Shown here: positions 37,860 through 50,973 of the stretch, one piece after another
How positions within the stretch are numbered: the first letter of the stretch is position 1
Layout of the letters: each line of letters opens with the position of its first letter
Source of the DNA: Octopus sinensis
Taxonomy: Eukaryota
DNA: 64,000 nucleotides
NCBI RefSeq assembly: GCF_006345805.1
Contig: NC_042999.1
Coordinates: 48,174,001 to 48,238,000 of the forward strand
Direction: 5' to 3'
Notes under the pieces: generated by a model
The model's input: the letters and a program-made list of their open reading frames with translations, nothing else
Database searches by the model: none
What the model was told of the DNA's origin: nothing
Translations under genes and position numbers: made by a program

Positions 37860-40700
37860 TTTACAGCAGTGCTCTACCCAAAGAACGAAAACACCACAAC
37901 ATATGCATATAAAATCTGGAAGAAAAATAACCTGGATAAAGACTTGTGTTCTATGTCAGAAATAGAGATAGATAAAGAAAAAATACATCAGGAAAATGTA
38001 GATATTAACCACACAGCAATGCTAACAAGTATCATAAGCACTGGGAGTGTAAAAGATGGAAACAGGCGTAACGTTTCCAAGAAAAGCGAACTAAACAACG
38101 GACGACAACAAACCCAGGCCTAGCAATGTATAATGGTAAGCAAAATGCACCAAACTAAAAGACTACAGACAAAAATATGGACGGGGAGCGGTACGAAACA
38201 AGTCTAAAACCTGGAAACAGTGAAGGTGAACCTAATGATTATGATACTCTAACAATTAGCAAAGTCAAAATACTGAAAGCCACAGATCTTAGTATGTACC
38301 AGGTATTGTATCTCCCAAAAATTAAAATTGATTCTAAAACAACATCAGTAATAAATAGCATGAACCTGGCCGTCACAGAACTAAAAGCCACGGATACAGA
38401 TGCCAATATCACCAGGCTAAATGATAGCAGCAACCACTGTGGCCACAAAAGAAACTGGATACTCCCTCAAACCCATCAAAACAGGTGTACCACCACCCAA
38501 ACAAACTGTGGATAATTAATATCAAGTAAAATTAGAAAACAAGATAAAAGAACTGTCAATCCTTGCCGAAACTAGTAATCAATCAATACTGCTAAGTAAC
38601 AAGAGGAGAACAAATATACTGTGTAAATACAAAATTACAGAAAAAGGTTTACCATACGTAAAAGAACAGCTAAAGCAACATATCCTTGCCAAAGCACAAA
38701 GAATCCGCTAGTATGAGAAACGCTAGCGTTTCTTTGAACAAAACAAACAGTTCAACTCCAACCCCAAGAGGTTTTACCAAGAACTTGAGGAAAATAAAAG
38801 AGACGTCAATGCAGTACCAACAGTAGAAGTGGAAGAATTTTGGAAAGAAATATGGTCGGTATAGGAACAGTCTCAGAAAAGGTCTATCAAAAAAACGAAC
38901 TCAGCTTCCGAACAACTCCGGACCCCTATAAAGACTGAAGAGGTCAACCAGACACTACAAAAACTGGAAGGCACCCGGAAACGATAAGATCCCCAACGTC
39001 TGATTAAAATACAGATAGGAACACAAAAAGCTGGCTAAGAAATTTAAGGAAATACTAGCATAGCCGGAGACAATGCATGAATGACTCATGGAAGAGAAAA
39101 CTATCCTAATTCCCAAATACACAGAAACGGCAAACCCACAAAGTTACAGAATTGTCTCCCGACAATTTACAAAGCCTTTACTGCATTATTATCGCAGGGT
39201 ATGAGCAAACATCTAGAAGAAAACAACCGGTTTCCAGAAGGGAAGAAGGGATACTGCAAGGGCTCATACGGCTGTAAACATCAATTAATGTTCAGTAAAT
39301 CCATAACCCAAGACAGCCGCAGAGAGAAGAATGGTCTAAGTATGAACTGCATGGATTACTGAAAGGCTTTTGAGAGTATTTCCCACACATTGATCCCAGA
39401 AACACTAGCCATGAACAATGTAGCACCAATAATCATAAAATATATAAAACATACCAGGAATAAATGGGAGACAGTGCTACAGCTCCAAACAAATGAGGGG
39501 CTCGTAAAAACCAAAACCACCCCCATTAGAAGAGAAATATTTCAATGAGACTGACTCTCTCCACTCCTTTTCTGCTTGGTACTGACATCCTCGTCTCATA
39601 TGCTAAGATGAACTTGATGCGGATACAATTGTTACCGCAAAACAATCAGCCATCTCTTATATATATGGATGACCTAAAACTGTACGCTACAAATGATAAG
39701 CAGCTGGAAATATTGCTACCAAAGAAATAAATATGAAATTTGGCTTTAAAAATATGCGAAAGCAACCTTGTAAAGAAGAAAAAAATTAAGAGTACCAATA
39801 TCACACTAGATACAGCAAATGAAATAAGAGAATTAGATCAACGCCAGACAGACAAATATTTCGGAATCAATGAACTAGATACGATACAACACACACAAAT
39901 GAAAGAGAAAAGAAAAAAAGAATACTATAGACGAGTTAGATTAATACTGTAAACAGAGCTGAATGCGAAAAGAAGACAATGGGTATCAACACTTTAGCCG
40001 TCCCAGTTATAATTAATAACTATAATATCCTTAACTGGATACTAAATGAACTAATCAAAATAGACAGGAAAACAAGATAAATAACGATAGGATTCAGGAT
40101 GCACCACCCAAAATCTGACATGGAAATGTTATATATTCAACATACAGAAGGTTGTAGAGGCCTTATACAGCTTGCAAAATACCCAGCATAGGACTACAGA
40201 AATACCTACTTCCGAAGCAAAAAAAAAATATATAACAATAATAATACAAATAGCCCAAAGCACGAACAAAACAAAAGAAAACACTTTTCAGTCTTTAAAG
40301 CTGACAAATACAAACAAGAAGTCATAGGCCCTAACAACAATGAATAAAAAGAAGAAGCGGCAAAAGCTGTAAAACAAATGAAATCCAAAATAAAACTAGA
40401 ACAGAAACGGAGCATGATAAAACGATAGCAAGAAAAGCCCTTTCATAGCAAATTCTGGGTTAAAGTATATGCAAAAGAAACAGACAAAGCAAAATCCGAA
40501 TAATGACTGAGAAACACAGGGCTCAAAGCTGACTCTGAGGGATTTTATTGTATAGTATGGGGATTTAATACTCTCTTTCCTAAATACGAAATATAATCTC
40601 AAATTTGACCACCCATTCACATAGAGATTTTGAAACCAACTTGCAGATGCAAGAGTAACCAGTTGGAAGCCTCACATACCATATGCTATCAAGGTGAGAG
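37860..40700 (+). mobile_element. Long decayed R4/Dong-clade non-LTR retrotransposon (RT pseudogene)
   Basis: Frameshifted motifs: NKQFNSNPKRFYQEL, CLPTIYKAFTALL, GYCKGSYGCKHQLM, MDY*KAFESISH, IFQ*D.LSPLLFCL, SHLLYMDDLKLYA, KYFGINE, MHHPKSDMEMLY...RGLIQL, LKADSEGF, PTCRC. Confidence 0.95.
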
Positions 40701-40922
40701 TGTCATTGGGAAAAATGTGTGCTGCTTCGGGGCCCTTCTCTCGATGACACTACTGCACACCGGCCCTCCTCCTCGGCACAAGGCCCAGCTTGCTAGATCA
40801 ACTGTTTGCTAGGTTTCGCTCAATATTCTCCTCGCCATTGTTCATCCTCTCTTTTGAATGAAATCCAGCGACTTGCTTTCTCCACTGTATTCAGAATATC
40901 ACTTATGATGGTGTTTGCTTCA
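40700..40922 (-). mobile_element. HERO/REL-type non-LTR 3' end fragment
   Basis: [29 protein letters not shown] resembles the AERASRWLWxKR..W terminus; followed by a GC-rich 3'UTR-like stretch. Confidence 0.45.
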
Positions 40923-41005
40923 GATTGCCACACAGACATACATACATCCAACGCACACTAAAACATACACACACATACACACATGCATATATGCACATAC
41001 ATATA

Positions 41006-41087
<82 letters not shown>

Positions 41088-42311
41088 TTTATACGCACCC
41101 ACATATATATGTATCTAGTATATGTAGTACATATACTAGATTCCTATATCTATTATTGTGGCAGACAGTATTGTCCTAAAAATACTTACCAATTACCCGT
41201 TACTTTTTTAATGTAAAAACCACATTCTACGTCATTGATATTTAGCTTGCTGTGTGGATGAATCGTGTGATCCTGCATCAAAAGGCATCTTCCTTCGTCT
41301 TTATGACTTTATTATTCATATGGTCACCTTTGACTTACTGTTTCCGATTTCAATAATGTATTTTCCGTTGGGTTAATGATAACCACAACTGCGACTCCTG
41401 CGATTATGTGTTCTTTGGGAAGCGTCATATTTACTCAGCTTGATGTGTTTCTCTATATTGACACAAATATACGAATCACACGATATTAGTTGAGTTATCA
41501 AACACCAAATGTTTTCCAGCTAACCTTTAGCTCAAATGCTGTGGTTAGCAAAAGAAAAGTAAACATGTAAAATATTGAAAGAAAAATAGATTATCTTAAA
41601 TATATGAAGTAAAACATGAATGGCAATAATTTAGACCTGGCTGCATCCAGTATATTCATGTAACCTCAAACAACAGGCAATCATAAGAAGATAAAGATTA
41701 GTAATAATCACAACCATATCCAAGGATTTTAATATTGTGAACCACTTAATGTGGTTCATTGATCTGTTACACCAAACACGATCAATATTAGCATGACATT
41801 TTATGAAAAAAGTACGTCCACTAACAAAAGCTGGCTCACGAAGAATAAACTCTACTGATCAGGTGTGTAAATCGAAATAAGTTTTTCGTTGTCAACTTGT
41901 CTACTAATATATACTAAGCATTACGATTTTTTTTCTTCTGAAATTTATTTCATACTTGTTGGAATTATTTCCGGTTTTCGTTGAGGGACGCTAACGACAG
42001 TTTCAAGTTCTCCATTCGCTTCCTCGATGAAAAAAATAGGTGTAGACGCTTTAGTACAAGCCTACGTATATTACGTACTATTATCCCATTATTAAATGAC
42101 TCATAAAATTTACGGTATACCAGTGAAAGAGCATAACCTATCTATGTGTCTGTATGTATATATAATTGTGTGTATGTATGTTAATAATCACACCATAAAA
42201 TCTATATTGGTACGAAGTAATAATACGTGTATTTGTTAAAAGTCTGAACAAAATCTGATTTTTGTGTGTATATGAATACTTTTATCTATACTTATGTATA
42301 TATATATATAT

Positions 42312-42630
42312 CGCGAAGGCGATTGATTCAGTGGTTAGAGCAACGATCTTACGACCGTGAGGTTATGAGTTCGAATCCTGGACCGGGCTGCGTGTCGTGT
42401 TCTTGAGCAAGCACTTTATTTCACGTTGCTCTAGTTCTCTCAGCTGTAGAAATGAGTTGCAACGTCACCGATGCGAAGCTGTATTGGCCTTTCCCTTTCC
42501 GTTGGATAACATCGGTGGCGTAGAGACGGGAGGCTGGTATGCATGGGCGACTGCTGGTCTTCCATAAACAAACTTGCCCGGACTTTCTACGTGCAACCCC
42601 AAGGTCATTCGTGCCCGAAAGGGGTTCTCC
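42312..42630 (+). mobile_element. CORE-domain SINE (tRNA head + CORE + tail)
   Basis: A box ttcagtggttag, B box gagttcgaatcc, then gtgttcttgagcaagcactttatttcacgttgctctagttctctcagctgtagaaatgag, which aligns by eye to the MIR/CORE consensus; ends in (TA)n. Confidence 0.85.
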
Positions 42631-42636
42631 GCATAT

Positions 42637-42670
<34 letters not shown>

Positions 42671-42696
42671 ATTATATATATATATATATATATATA

Positions 42697-42758
<62 letters not shown>

Positions 42759-43618
42759 GCATACACACACATATATGTATATGATGACCTATACTTTAGA
42801 GACAGTCGACAGTCTCACAAAACATTTATTTGAACAAAATATTTCAACAAAATAATGTGCAATGGCCTAGAAACAATGTTGCAATTTAATAAAATGCATA
42901 ATAATATATATTAAGGAAGAATTACCGAGGTATTCTTACGTAAGCAAAGCAAATATACGTGTAATGAGGTGCATGGCAGTAATATAGCCCAATAATGTGT
43001 AAATGCCAATTACGCCTTTACACAAATCGACAATACATTCCGATTAACGGTCATATTGGTTAATGCATCTTCCGTAACAAGAATACAAAAATAAAAATCT
43101 GTCGATAGTTTATTTATTTCGTTGAAAGATACACCAATGGAGTATATAACTTCCTTTCAAACTTGCTCATTTTTTATTCATATTAACAAATACAGTACCA
43201 TTATATATGAAAATGGCAGCAACAAGAAAGTTTATGGGATTCTATAAATCGAAATCAAAGGAAACGCAAACACTGACGTGTCGTATCTGCGGAAAAAATA
43301 TAAAGTAGAATTGTACGTATATTATCCTCTCAGAAGTAGAGAGAGAAAAAAGCGCAACCAGTCTATGTGTTTTTCTATTCTGTTGCTAGAAAGAGAAAAC
43401 TCATAAAAAATATATTATACAATTTAAGTTATCATAGTCGTAGAAAATTCCCATTATATAACATAAGAATTTATTCGGATATATTATGTAAAAAGTTTAA
43501 GCAACAATAATAAAAGCTTGAAATTTCTTAAGCTTTGAGCAGAAATCCTCTAGAGCATTGCTTCAAAGCCAAGTACACCGTACGTGTATATACGTTCAGT
43601 ATGTACGGAAGTGTATTC

Positions 43619-43681
<63 letters not shown>

Positions 43682-43981
43682 CTAGCAGTATCACCCGGCG
43701 TTGCTCGGGTTTGTAAGGGAAATAACTATAAAGCATTTTTAAAGAGTTACTTCCCTTATATAATAGCAAAAAATGCATTAAGATAGAAAAAAATGATGGT
43801 AAATTATTTTTAAAATCGTAGAATCATCATAGACGCGCGCTAATACGCAGAAGGGCTCGATATGAATCACGACTATAAGATACCCGGTTTTGGTTAAACT
43901 GCACCTCAAAATGTGGGAGTAGTTAGGAATCTAAATCGTAGGAGACAGACACTCACACAACTTCACTTTTATATATATAGA
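43682..43981 (-). mobile_element. Complete 300-bp non-autonomous Helitron
   Basis: Minus strand begins TC (43981-43980) and ends CTAG (43685-43682), with hairpin cccgagcaacgccggg 8 nt before CTAG; inserted between A and T. Confidence 0.9.
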
Positions 43982-43993
43982 TATGTATAGAGT

Positions 43994-44031
<38 letters not shown>

Positions 44032-44117
44032 GACTGTGAGAGAAAAAATAGTCGTGAGGAGAGAGATTTCTACAAATATATGTGTGTGTGTATGTATGTG
44101 TATATGTATATATATAC

Positions 44118-44151
<34 letters not shown>

Positions 44152-44165
44152 ATATGTATATATAT

Positions 44166-44224
<59 letters not shown>

Positions 44225-44402
44225 CTGATTTCAAGGTGAAGGTTATCCTTCAAATATTCGGCATCTGACACACACTATACTTCATATTAAAAATACATAC
44301 ATAACTAGGCAATAATGATGCGTATCAATAATTCTAAAAAATTATCTACTTGTATTACTAATCCGTTACAATATATACCCTTTACTAATATATAGAAGCT
44401 TC

Positions 44403-44790
44403 TGTGGAGGCGCAATGGCCCAGTGGTTAGGGCAGCGGACTCGAGGTCGTAGGATCGCGGTTTCGATTCCCAGACCGGGCGTTGTGAGTGTTTATTGAGC
44501 GAAAACACCTAAAGCTCCACGAGGCTCCGGCAGGGATGGTGGTGATCCTTGCTGTACTCTTTCACCACAACTTTCTCTCACTCTTACTTCCTGTTTCTGT
44601 TGTACCTGTATTTCAAAGAGGCCGGCCTTGTCACTCTCTGTGTCACGCTGAATATCCCCGAGGACTACGTTAAGGGTACACGTGTCTGTGGAGTGCTCAG
44701 CCACTTACACGTTAATTTCACGAGCAGGCTGTTCCGTTGATCGGATTAACCGGAACCCTCGTCGTCGTAACCGACGGAGTGCTTCCATCC
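44403..44790 (+). mobile_element. tRNA-Arg-like-headed SINE (family C) with 9-bp target-site duplication
   Basis: tggcccagtggttag A box, ggtttcgattccc B box; agaagcttc duplicated at 44394-44402 and 44791-44799. Confidence 0.92.
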
Positions 44791-45164
44791 AGAAGCTTCA
44801 AATGCAGCTTCAATATATTCGTAAAGGATTGGCAAAGTAGTTTATTGCCACATGTGATTACCTTATAAAATAATATTTTCACATGCAAAAACATATTTTC
44901 ATGACTTTCAATGCCTGCCCTGTAAAGCACATCAAACAAGGAGCCGACTATTATTCTGCATATATATATATATACCCCCACAACTCTTTCCTTAATTTAC
45001 TACTACTCTTGTTTAGAATAACGCCTACACAAATATTATAACGATACGTTCAAAAGAGATACCTCAATAATTCAATCACTACTACCATCCACAAGTCACT
45101 TTCAGGGCACTTAACCATTTAACATCTTCCTACTATCATAGCACTCCTGCACTATTATTATTCT

Positions 45165-45305
45165 CCTTCCTCTCTTCCTCTCCTTCTTTTTCTTCTTCTT
45201 CTTCTTCTTCGTCTTCTTCATTTTCTTCTTCATTTTCTTCTTCTTCTTCTTCTTCTTCTTCTTCTTCTTCTTCTTCTTCTTCTTCTTCTTCTTTTCTCCT
45301 TCTTC
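45165..45305. repeat. (TTC)n polypyrimidine tract
   Basis: Direct observation. Confidence 0.95.
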
Positions 45306-45559
45306 TCTGCCAAGAATTCACTACGACCTCGAGCCCGCAAGATTAAATAAGAGAAAAGAGACAGGGAGAAACAAGGAAAATGGCCCTTATATTTGATTAG
45401 TATGCATGTATTCTTTTAAAACACTTCTCTTTTAATTTTTCTAAAATTTAATTGTTTTCCATGCTTCCAGTAGAAAAGTCCCAATGTCTGAAACTGGTAC
45501 TGAAATGTTATTATACAATTGTTTTAGCATTTTATACCTTGATTTTTTCCCATGTATTA

Positions 45560-45601
<42 letters not shown>

Positions 45602-45837
45602 TATATATATATATTATATATATATATATCTATGTGTGTGTGTGTGTATGTGTGTGTGTGAGTGTGTGTCTGTGTGTGAGTCTGTGTGTGTGTTAGTTTG
45701 TGTATGTATGTGTATACATACATAAATATATAAAGATATATATATATATACTTACATATATATATGTATATATATATATATGTATATCCATACATAAATA
45801 TATAAAGATATGTATATATATATATATATATAATTTT

Positions 45838-46056
45838 AATCCAAACGGGAAACAAAAAAACAACAACAATGGAACAATTACAGTATTATTATTAATAGGC
45901 GCTCAGGAAAAGGAAGCAGGGAGGTATGACGTTTCGAGCGGAGCTCTTCGTCGGAAACATAAAGAAGGAAGAGAGAGGAAAGAAAGATCCCAGAGCGGGC
46001 AACAGGGAAAGAGAAAAAAGACGACTGGTGTTTACGAGTTGCACATGGTGAAAAGC
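45838..46056 (-). mobile_element. About 220-bp hammerhead-bearing cassette between (TA)n tracts
   Basis: Homologous to 8700-8900; contains the hammerhead motif at 45924-45958. Confidence 0.7.
45924..45958 (-). ncRNA. Minimal type-I hammerhead motif, C4 variant, GUC site
   Basis: Minus strand: GTTT|CCGACGA|A|GAGC-TCC-GCTC|GAAA|C|GTC|ATAC. Perfect stem II, ACGT palindrome in place of stem III, one mismatch in stem I. Confidence 0.6.
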
Positions 46057-47244
46057 ATATATATATATATATATATATATAGGTATATATATTCAGACAC
46101 TTGGAATCTCGCCTTACAGCTTTGTATCCTATGTGCATCTGAGATCTGAGCTTTAATTATTGCTTATATTAACATTACAAACTCTGACGGATCACTGACT
46201 CCCTATATATGATAGCTTCAGTGACCTTTTCGTCTCGAACAATTATTAGAAATTATGATAGTCTATTGCTATTTTATTCAACGAAATTCGATTGGTTAAT
46301 TTTCTGCCATTTCATTTGATTGTATGTCACGTTACCTCTAAATACTTTGGGGTAAATATGGCTTTTCACATATTGGATGTCACACATTGAAAGAGTTTCA
46401 CACTTTAAGAGATAAACATTCAGTTAGTCATGAACATTAATACTTTGTTACATTATATATGTCCATTGCCTCGTCTTATATTAAAACATGACGCAGGAGG
46501 CACGTGTTTTTGTAAAGTATCCATTTAGTGTTTTTTTGCACGCAATACCTGAATTTATCACATATTCCCCTGCAGAAACACAAATACTTGTGATATTGAG
46601 CCAAAACGTTCACCCCACTAAAGTCTTATATTTTACTTTTGCTTTTAACGAAAAATGACGATTTGTATTGAAGCCTTCGCAGAGCGGATAGGGCTGACTA
46701 CATTCATGAATAGAAGTATAATTGTATTCATGCATAGCCACCACACATACACATTTCCACACACGTATTAATTAGTATTAAAATGTCTTCATAAAGAATA
46801 CGTATGTCATAACATCTGAATACATTGCAAGTGGAAATAAATGCAAACTATAATTGTACATGCATGTGTGAGAGCTTCAGAATTATTGTTATCAGTTTCC
46901 AAGACGCAACGTATTAGAAGTATAAATACTGAATTGATACAAATTAATACAGATTTGATAAAAATGTGAATTACTTTAAATAATATATAATTTTGAGATT
47001 TTAAATTTTACTTCATGCAGGTGGGAGCAGTCATCCGTAGTTCATTCTCACAGCAGATAATGCATTTTTGAGATCCTAATATTTCAGCTAGCTCCACTTA
47101 TTATAGGTTTCTGCTCAACCATCAACGTAAAGAGCAGCACAATTTCCTTTCTATTAATATCATTCATGTTAAAAGGATTATGTGAGTATAGAATTTTACG
47201 TGCATCTGAATTTCAGAATGTATTGCATCTTATGATTAAATATT

Positions 47245-47334
<90 letters not shown>

Positions 47335-47774
47335 TTCCTGATATGTTAAACTTTCGTATGTCCAAATTTGGCCAAATGCCCTTTTCATTTTCACTATTTA
47401 ATTTTGCTTGCAATAACCGGTTCTTTAGGTCGTACGAACGTATTTCCAGCTGATTCAAACACCAAGATACAAAAATTGCCAAAGTGTTGTGCAATAGTCA
47501 ACATTTTTTTTTTTAAGTGTACTAAATCCCAAATACGAGAGTGTTCAGTTTGCTAAAGTTTTTCAGTTTTGTAAAGATTTTTCTGACTGAAAAATTCATG
47601 CACACATGGAGTTATGATTTTTATACAACGAACAATGTATTCAGCGGAGACTGTTTCTAATGTAAAAAGAAATTGTATGGTGAAACTATTTCGTTTTCTG
47701 AAAAAGCAACATTTTGGACTAGCGACACTTTTGCAAAATAGCAACTATTAATACGTGCATATATATATATATAT

Positions 47775-47818
<44 letters not shown>

Positions 47819-49127
47819 TATATATATATTATATATATATATTATATATATATATATGTATATATTATTAATATATATATTATATATATACATATATATA
47901 CATGTATATATACATGTATATATTGTACACTGTATATATGTATATGCAATTTATGCATATCTCAATACATAATGTTATAATGTATGTGAGCGTGAAGGTG
48001 TGCACGCATGCGTAAGTCATATAAACACATGGTTTTATGATTCAGCACTCAGAAAGCGAAGTTTACATTTATTCTGATAATATTTGATATAAAACTTTCA
48101 AAGGGATTACATCGTAAATATATCTGAAGTTGAACATAACTTGCAATCGTTATTCAGGATCTCACTCCAGTGTATTAGATCAGTTCTGCGTTCGAATAAT
48201 TTTAAGGCAAATAACGAAACATTTTTGGAATAATATAGGATATTCTACTTCTCTAAAACACGATTAAGTGAAAAGAAAAACGACTGTTTGCACAGAATTA
48301 ATCATATAACATGAACATCAGCTCACATACTGACAAACATTTCGAAGTGGTTTGTGCACACGTTCTTATTGATATAACTATAAAATTGTTAAATGCTCTA
48401 AATGAACAAGTGATAGCGTGGTATTTCCGTAGTTTATTGAATAATGAACATTTTCTAATAATTATATATAAAGTAAATATCATATTTTGTTCCAAATTTA
48501 ACCTTTGAAGCCACAGACCGCACATTCTTTCATCTCTTTCTCTGAAGTCTCCAAACTGCTTTTCCCGATTTCTCTAGTAAATATCGTGCTTACAATAACG
48601 GCCTAAAGCATAATGCTAAATGAACATAAACATATTGATCATGGCCCTTTGGTTTTATTGCCTCTCCTACGTACTTTTTGTCTAGGACGTGGTCATTTAC
48701 ACAATATTAAATCAGGAATGAATGTGGTAGGCGGAAATAACACAATGGGATGTTATGCGTAATATTTGTGTGCACGCACACACACACACATTCACACATA
48801 TATGTGAGTATGTGAGTGTGTTTGTGTGCGTATGTGATCGCGTGATTGTATGTGTGTGTGTGCTTTTGCGAGTACCTCTTTGCGTTTGTGTTTGTCTCTC
48901 AATGGTGTACAAATAATGAACATTAGAATATCACATGGAAAAGAGAGAAATCATTTTAAAATACTAGATTTCAAAGTAAGAAACCGGGACGATTTGATCG
49001 CCTGAACACTTCAAGTAGTTGTTCCAGCATTGATGTAGTCTAATTGCTGTAGCAAAAGGGTAACTAATACCAATTATGTCATATATATCAATCTTGACGA
49101 GGTTTTCACAATATTCCAGTTGCTTAC

Positions 49128-49268
49128 TTGAATAGACATACATCTGAATCTGAATGGCTCGAAAATACTGACACATTCAGCATTTAAGCCCACATCCGCG
49201 AACACAGACTCTGCTGGATAGAACACCTGATTCGACGAGATGGTTACAGAATCCCCAAATAAATCCAT
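49128..49268 (-). CDS. Candidate first coding exon (MDLFGDSVTISS...RCMSIQ), or alternatively a transposase remnant
   Basis: Acceptor ataccag at 49285, ATG at 49268, 47 codons, strong CAA|GTAAGC donor. An overlapping frame resembles a Merlin-like N-terminus. Confidence 0.2.
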
Positions 49269-49750
49269 TATAATGGACTAATTTCTGGTATGAAATCACT
49301 GTATAAGTAACAGGTTTTATGGATTGTACGAAAACCTCTCTGAAACCATGCAAGATGGAAACTATTGAGATATTTCAGTGGAGGACAGAATTAACTGGTG
49401 TTCGAAAATATTGTGTCACCTGAGAAGTTTTAGGGAAGTTAAATAAGATTCGAATTATGCAAAACGAACAGCCAGGATAAGAGAATATATGGATCCAGCA
49501 GTCTAAAGATTTCAGTGAGATGAATGGGTCTAGAACTGACTTTAGTAGTCACCAACGCAAACAATCTGAGAGGCCCCAAACTAAATACAAAGGGAAAATT
49601 CCTTACCAAACATACCACAATTTATGCGGGAAAGAATTTTCCCTTGCTTTGTAAACATGTAATACGAGTTCGTAAACCCCTCTACCTGAACACTTGAATA
49701 TATATCTGCATTCCCATGCATGTAGACGCTTCTTACCATATCCACCTGTG

Positions 49751-49802
49751 TCGGCTATATTTTCGGCTATATTTGGTCGGCTATATATGGTCGGCTATAT
49801 TT
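49751..49802. repeat. Four tandem copies of a 12-14-bp unit tcggctatat(tt/ttgg/atgg)
   Basis: Direct observation. Confidence 0.9.
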
Positions 49803-50453
49803 TCATGTAATACGGGGTTATAGCGGTACTGAGAACAACGATTTACGTGCTGATGGCTTACGAAAGGCGCACACCAGTAGGAAAACAACCCGACGTATGC
49901 ACAACACCTGGAACAATTAAGTGGGTAATACATCGTATGCATCATCTACGAATGCGGACCGAGTAGGACTATTAATATACAAGAATGGATGTTCTTACAT
50001 AATGTTTTTCCGTAATCTACCGTTGTTTTGTAAATACTCACAAACTAATACACTTATGTGCGACAGCGCGATATGCATGTCATCAGTATGTACAAGAAAT
50101 GTAATTTAAAAGCGATCAGTTGCAGTAGGGTATAATAATGCGTAGGAATTCGATGATGTGTGTATGTGCGATAAGCACGCCTAGATATAAACGTATATGC
50201 ATGTTTCTGAGTATGTTTGTGTGTGCTGTTATATGCTTACATGTGTGTAGATATTTTGATTGGACGTTGTATGTTTGAGTGTACGTGAGTGTGAGTGGTT
50301 ATGACATAAGGGATGTTAATGCGTGCCAGTGATAGAGTGATGATAGAAGAGGTGTTATATATCACCAACCACAAAACACATTATATCAGGAAGCTGAATT
50401 TCTGAAGCTGACTCTATAAACTTGTCATTGAACTGACCACTTGTTTGCTTTAC

Positions 50454-50684
50454 CTGTGATTTATGACAATAGCGGCTTCTACACTTGTCGATATTCTTAT
50501 CATTAAAATAATTATTATTATTATCATTGTCACTATCGCTGAAGCTAACGTCGTTTTTGTGGCGAATCCTTTGTCGACCGCCAGACATCACTACAAACAT
50601 TTGTTGGGGGGGTTTTCTGCACTTCTCTGCATTGTATATGCACGGGAATAACTGTGAGCGTGGGAAAGGTCGTGGTTCTGGCAT
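50454..50684 (-). CDS. Candidate coding exon (MPEPRPFPRSQLFPC...CHKSQ)
   Basis: Lies within a 134-codon ORF in unique DNA; ATG at 50684, CAG|GTAAAG donor at 50454. No homology recognised. Confidence 0.2.
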
Positions 50685-50887
50685 CTCTATCTTCAAAGTA
50701 CAAACAACTTCTACACTCCTACCGTGTACCACCACTCGATCGATGATGATAATTTCCAAGACTGTATGTGGTATAATTTTTTTTCTATATTTTGATGGTC
50801 TGAATTGACTCGAAACCTATGATTTGATGTGAGGATTTTTGAACCTAGTACTGACTGGGAATTTTGGGTTACAGGTCGCCCTTACAA

Positions 50888-50973
<86 letters not shown>

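Noticed and set aside
49751-49802. CRISPR-like array
   Set aside because: Units are 12-14 bp and contiguous with no unique spacers, in eukaryotic context with no cas genes.
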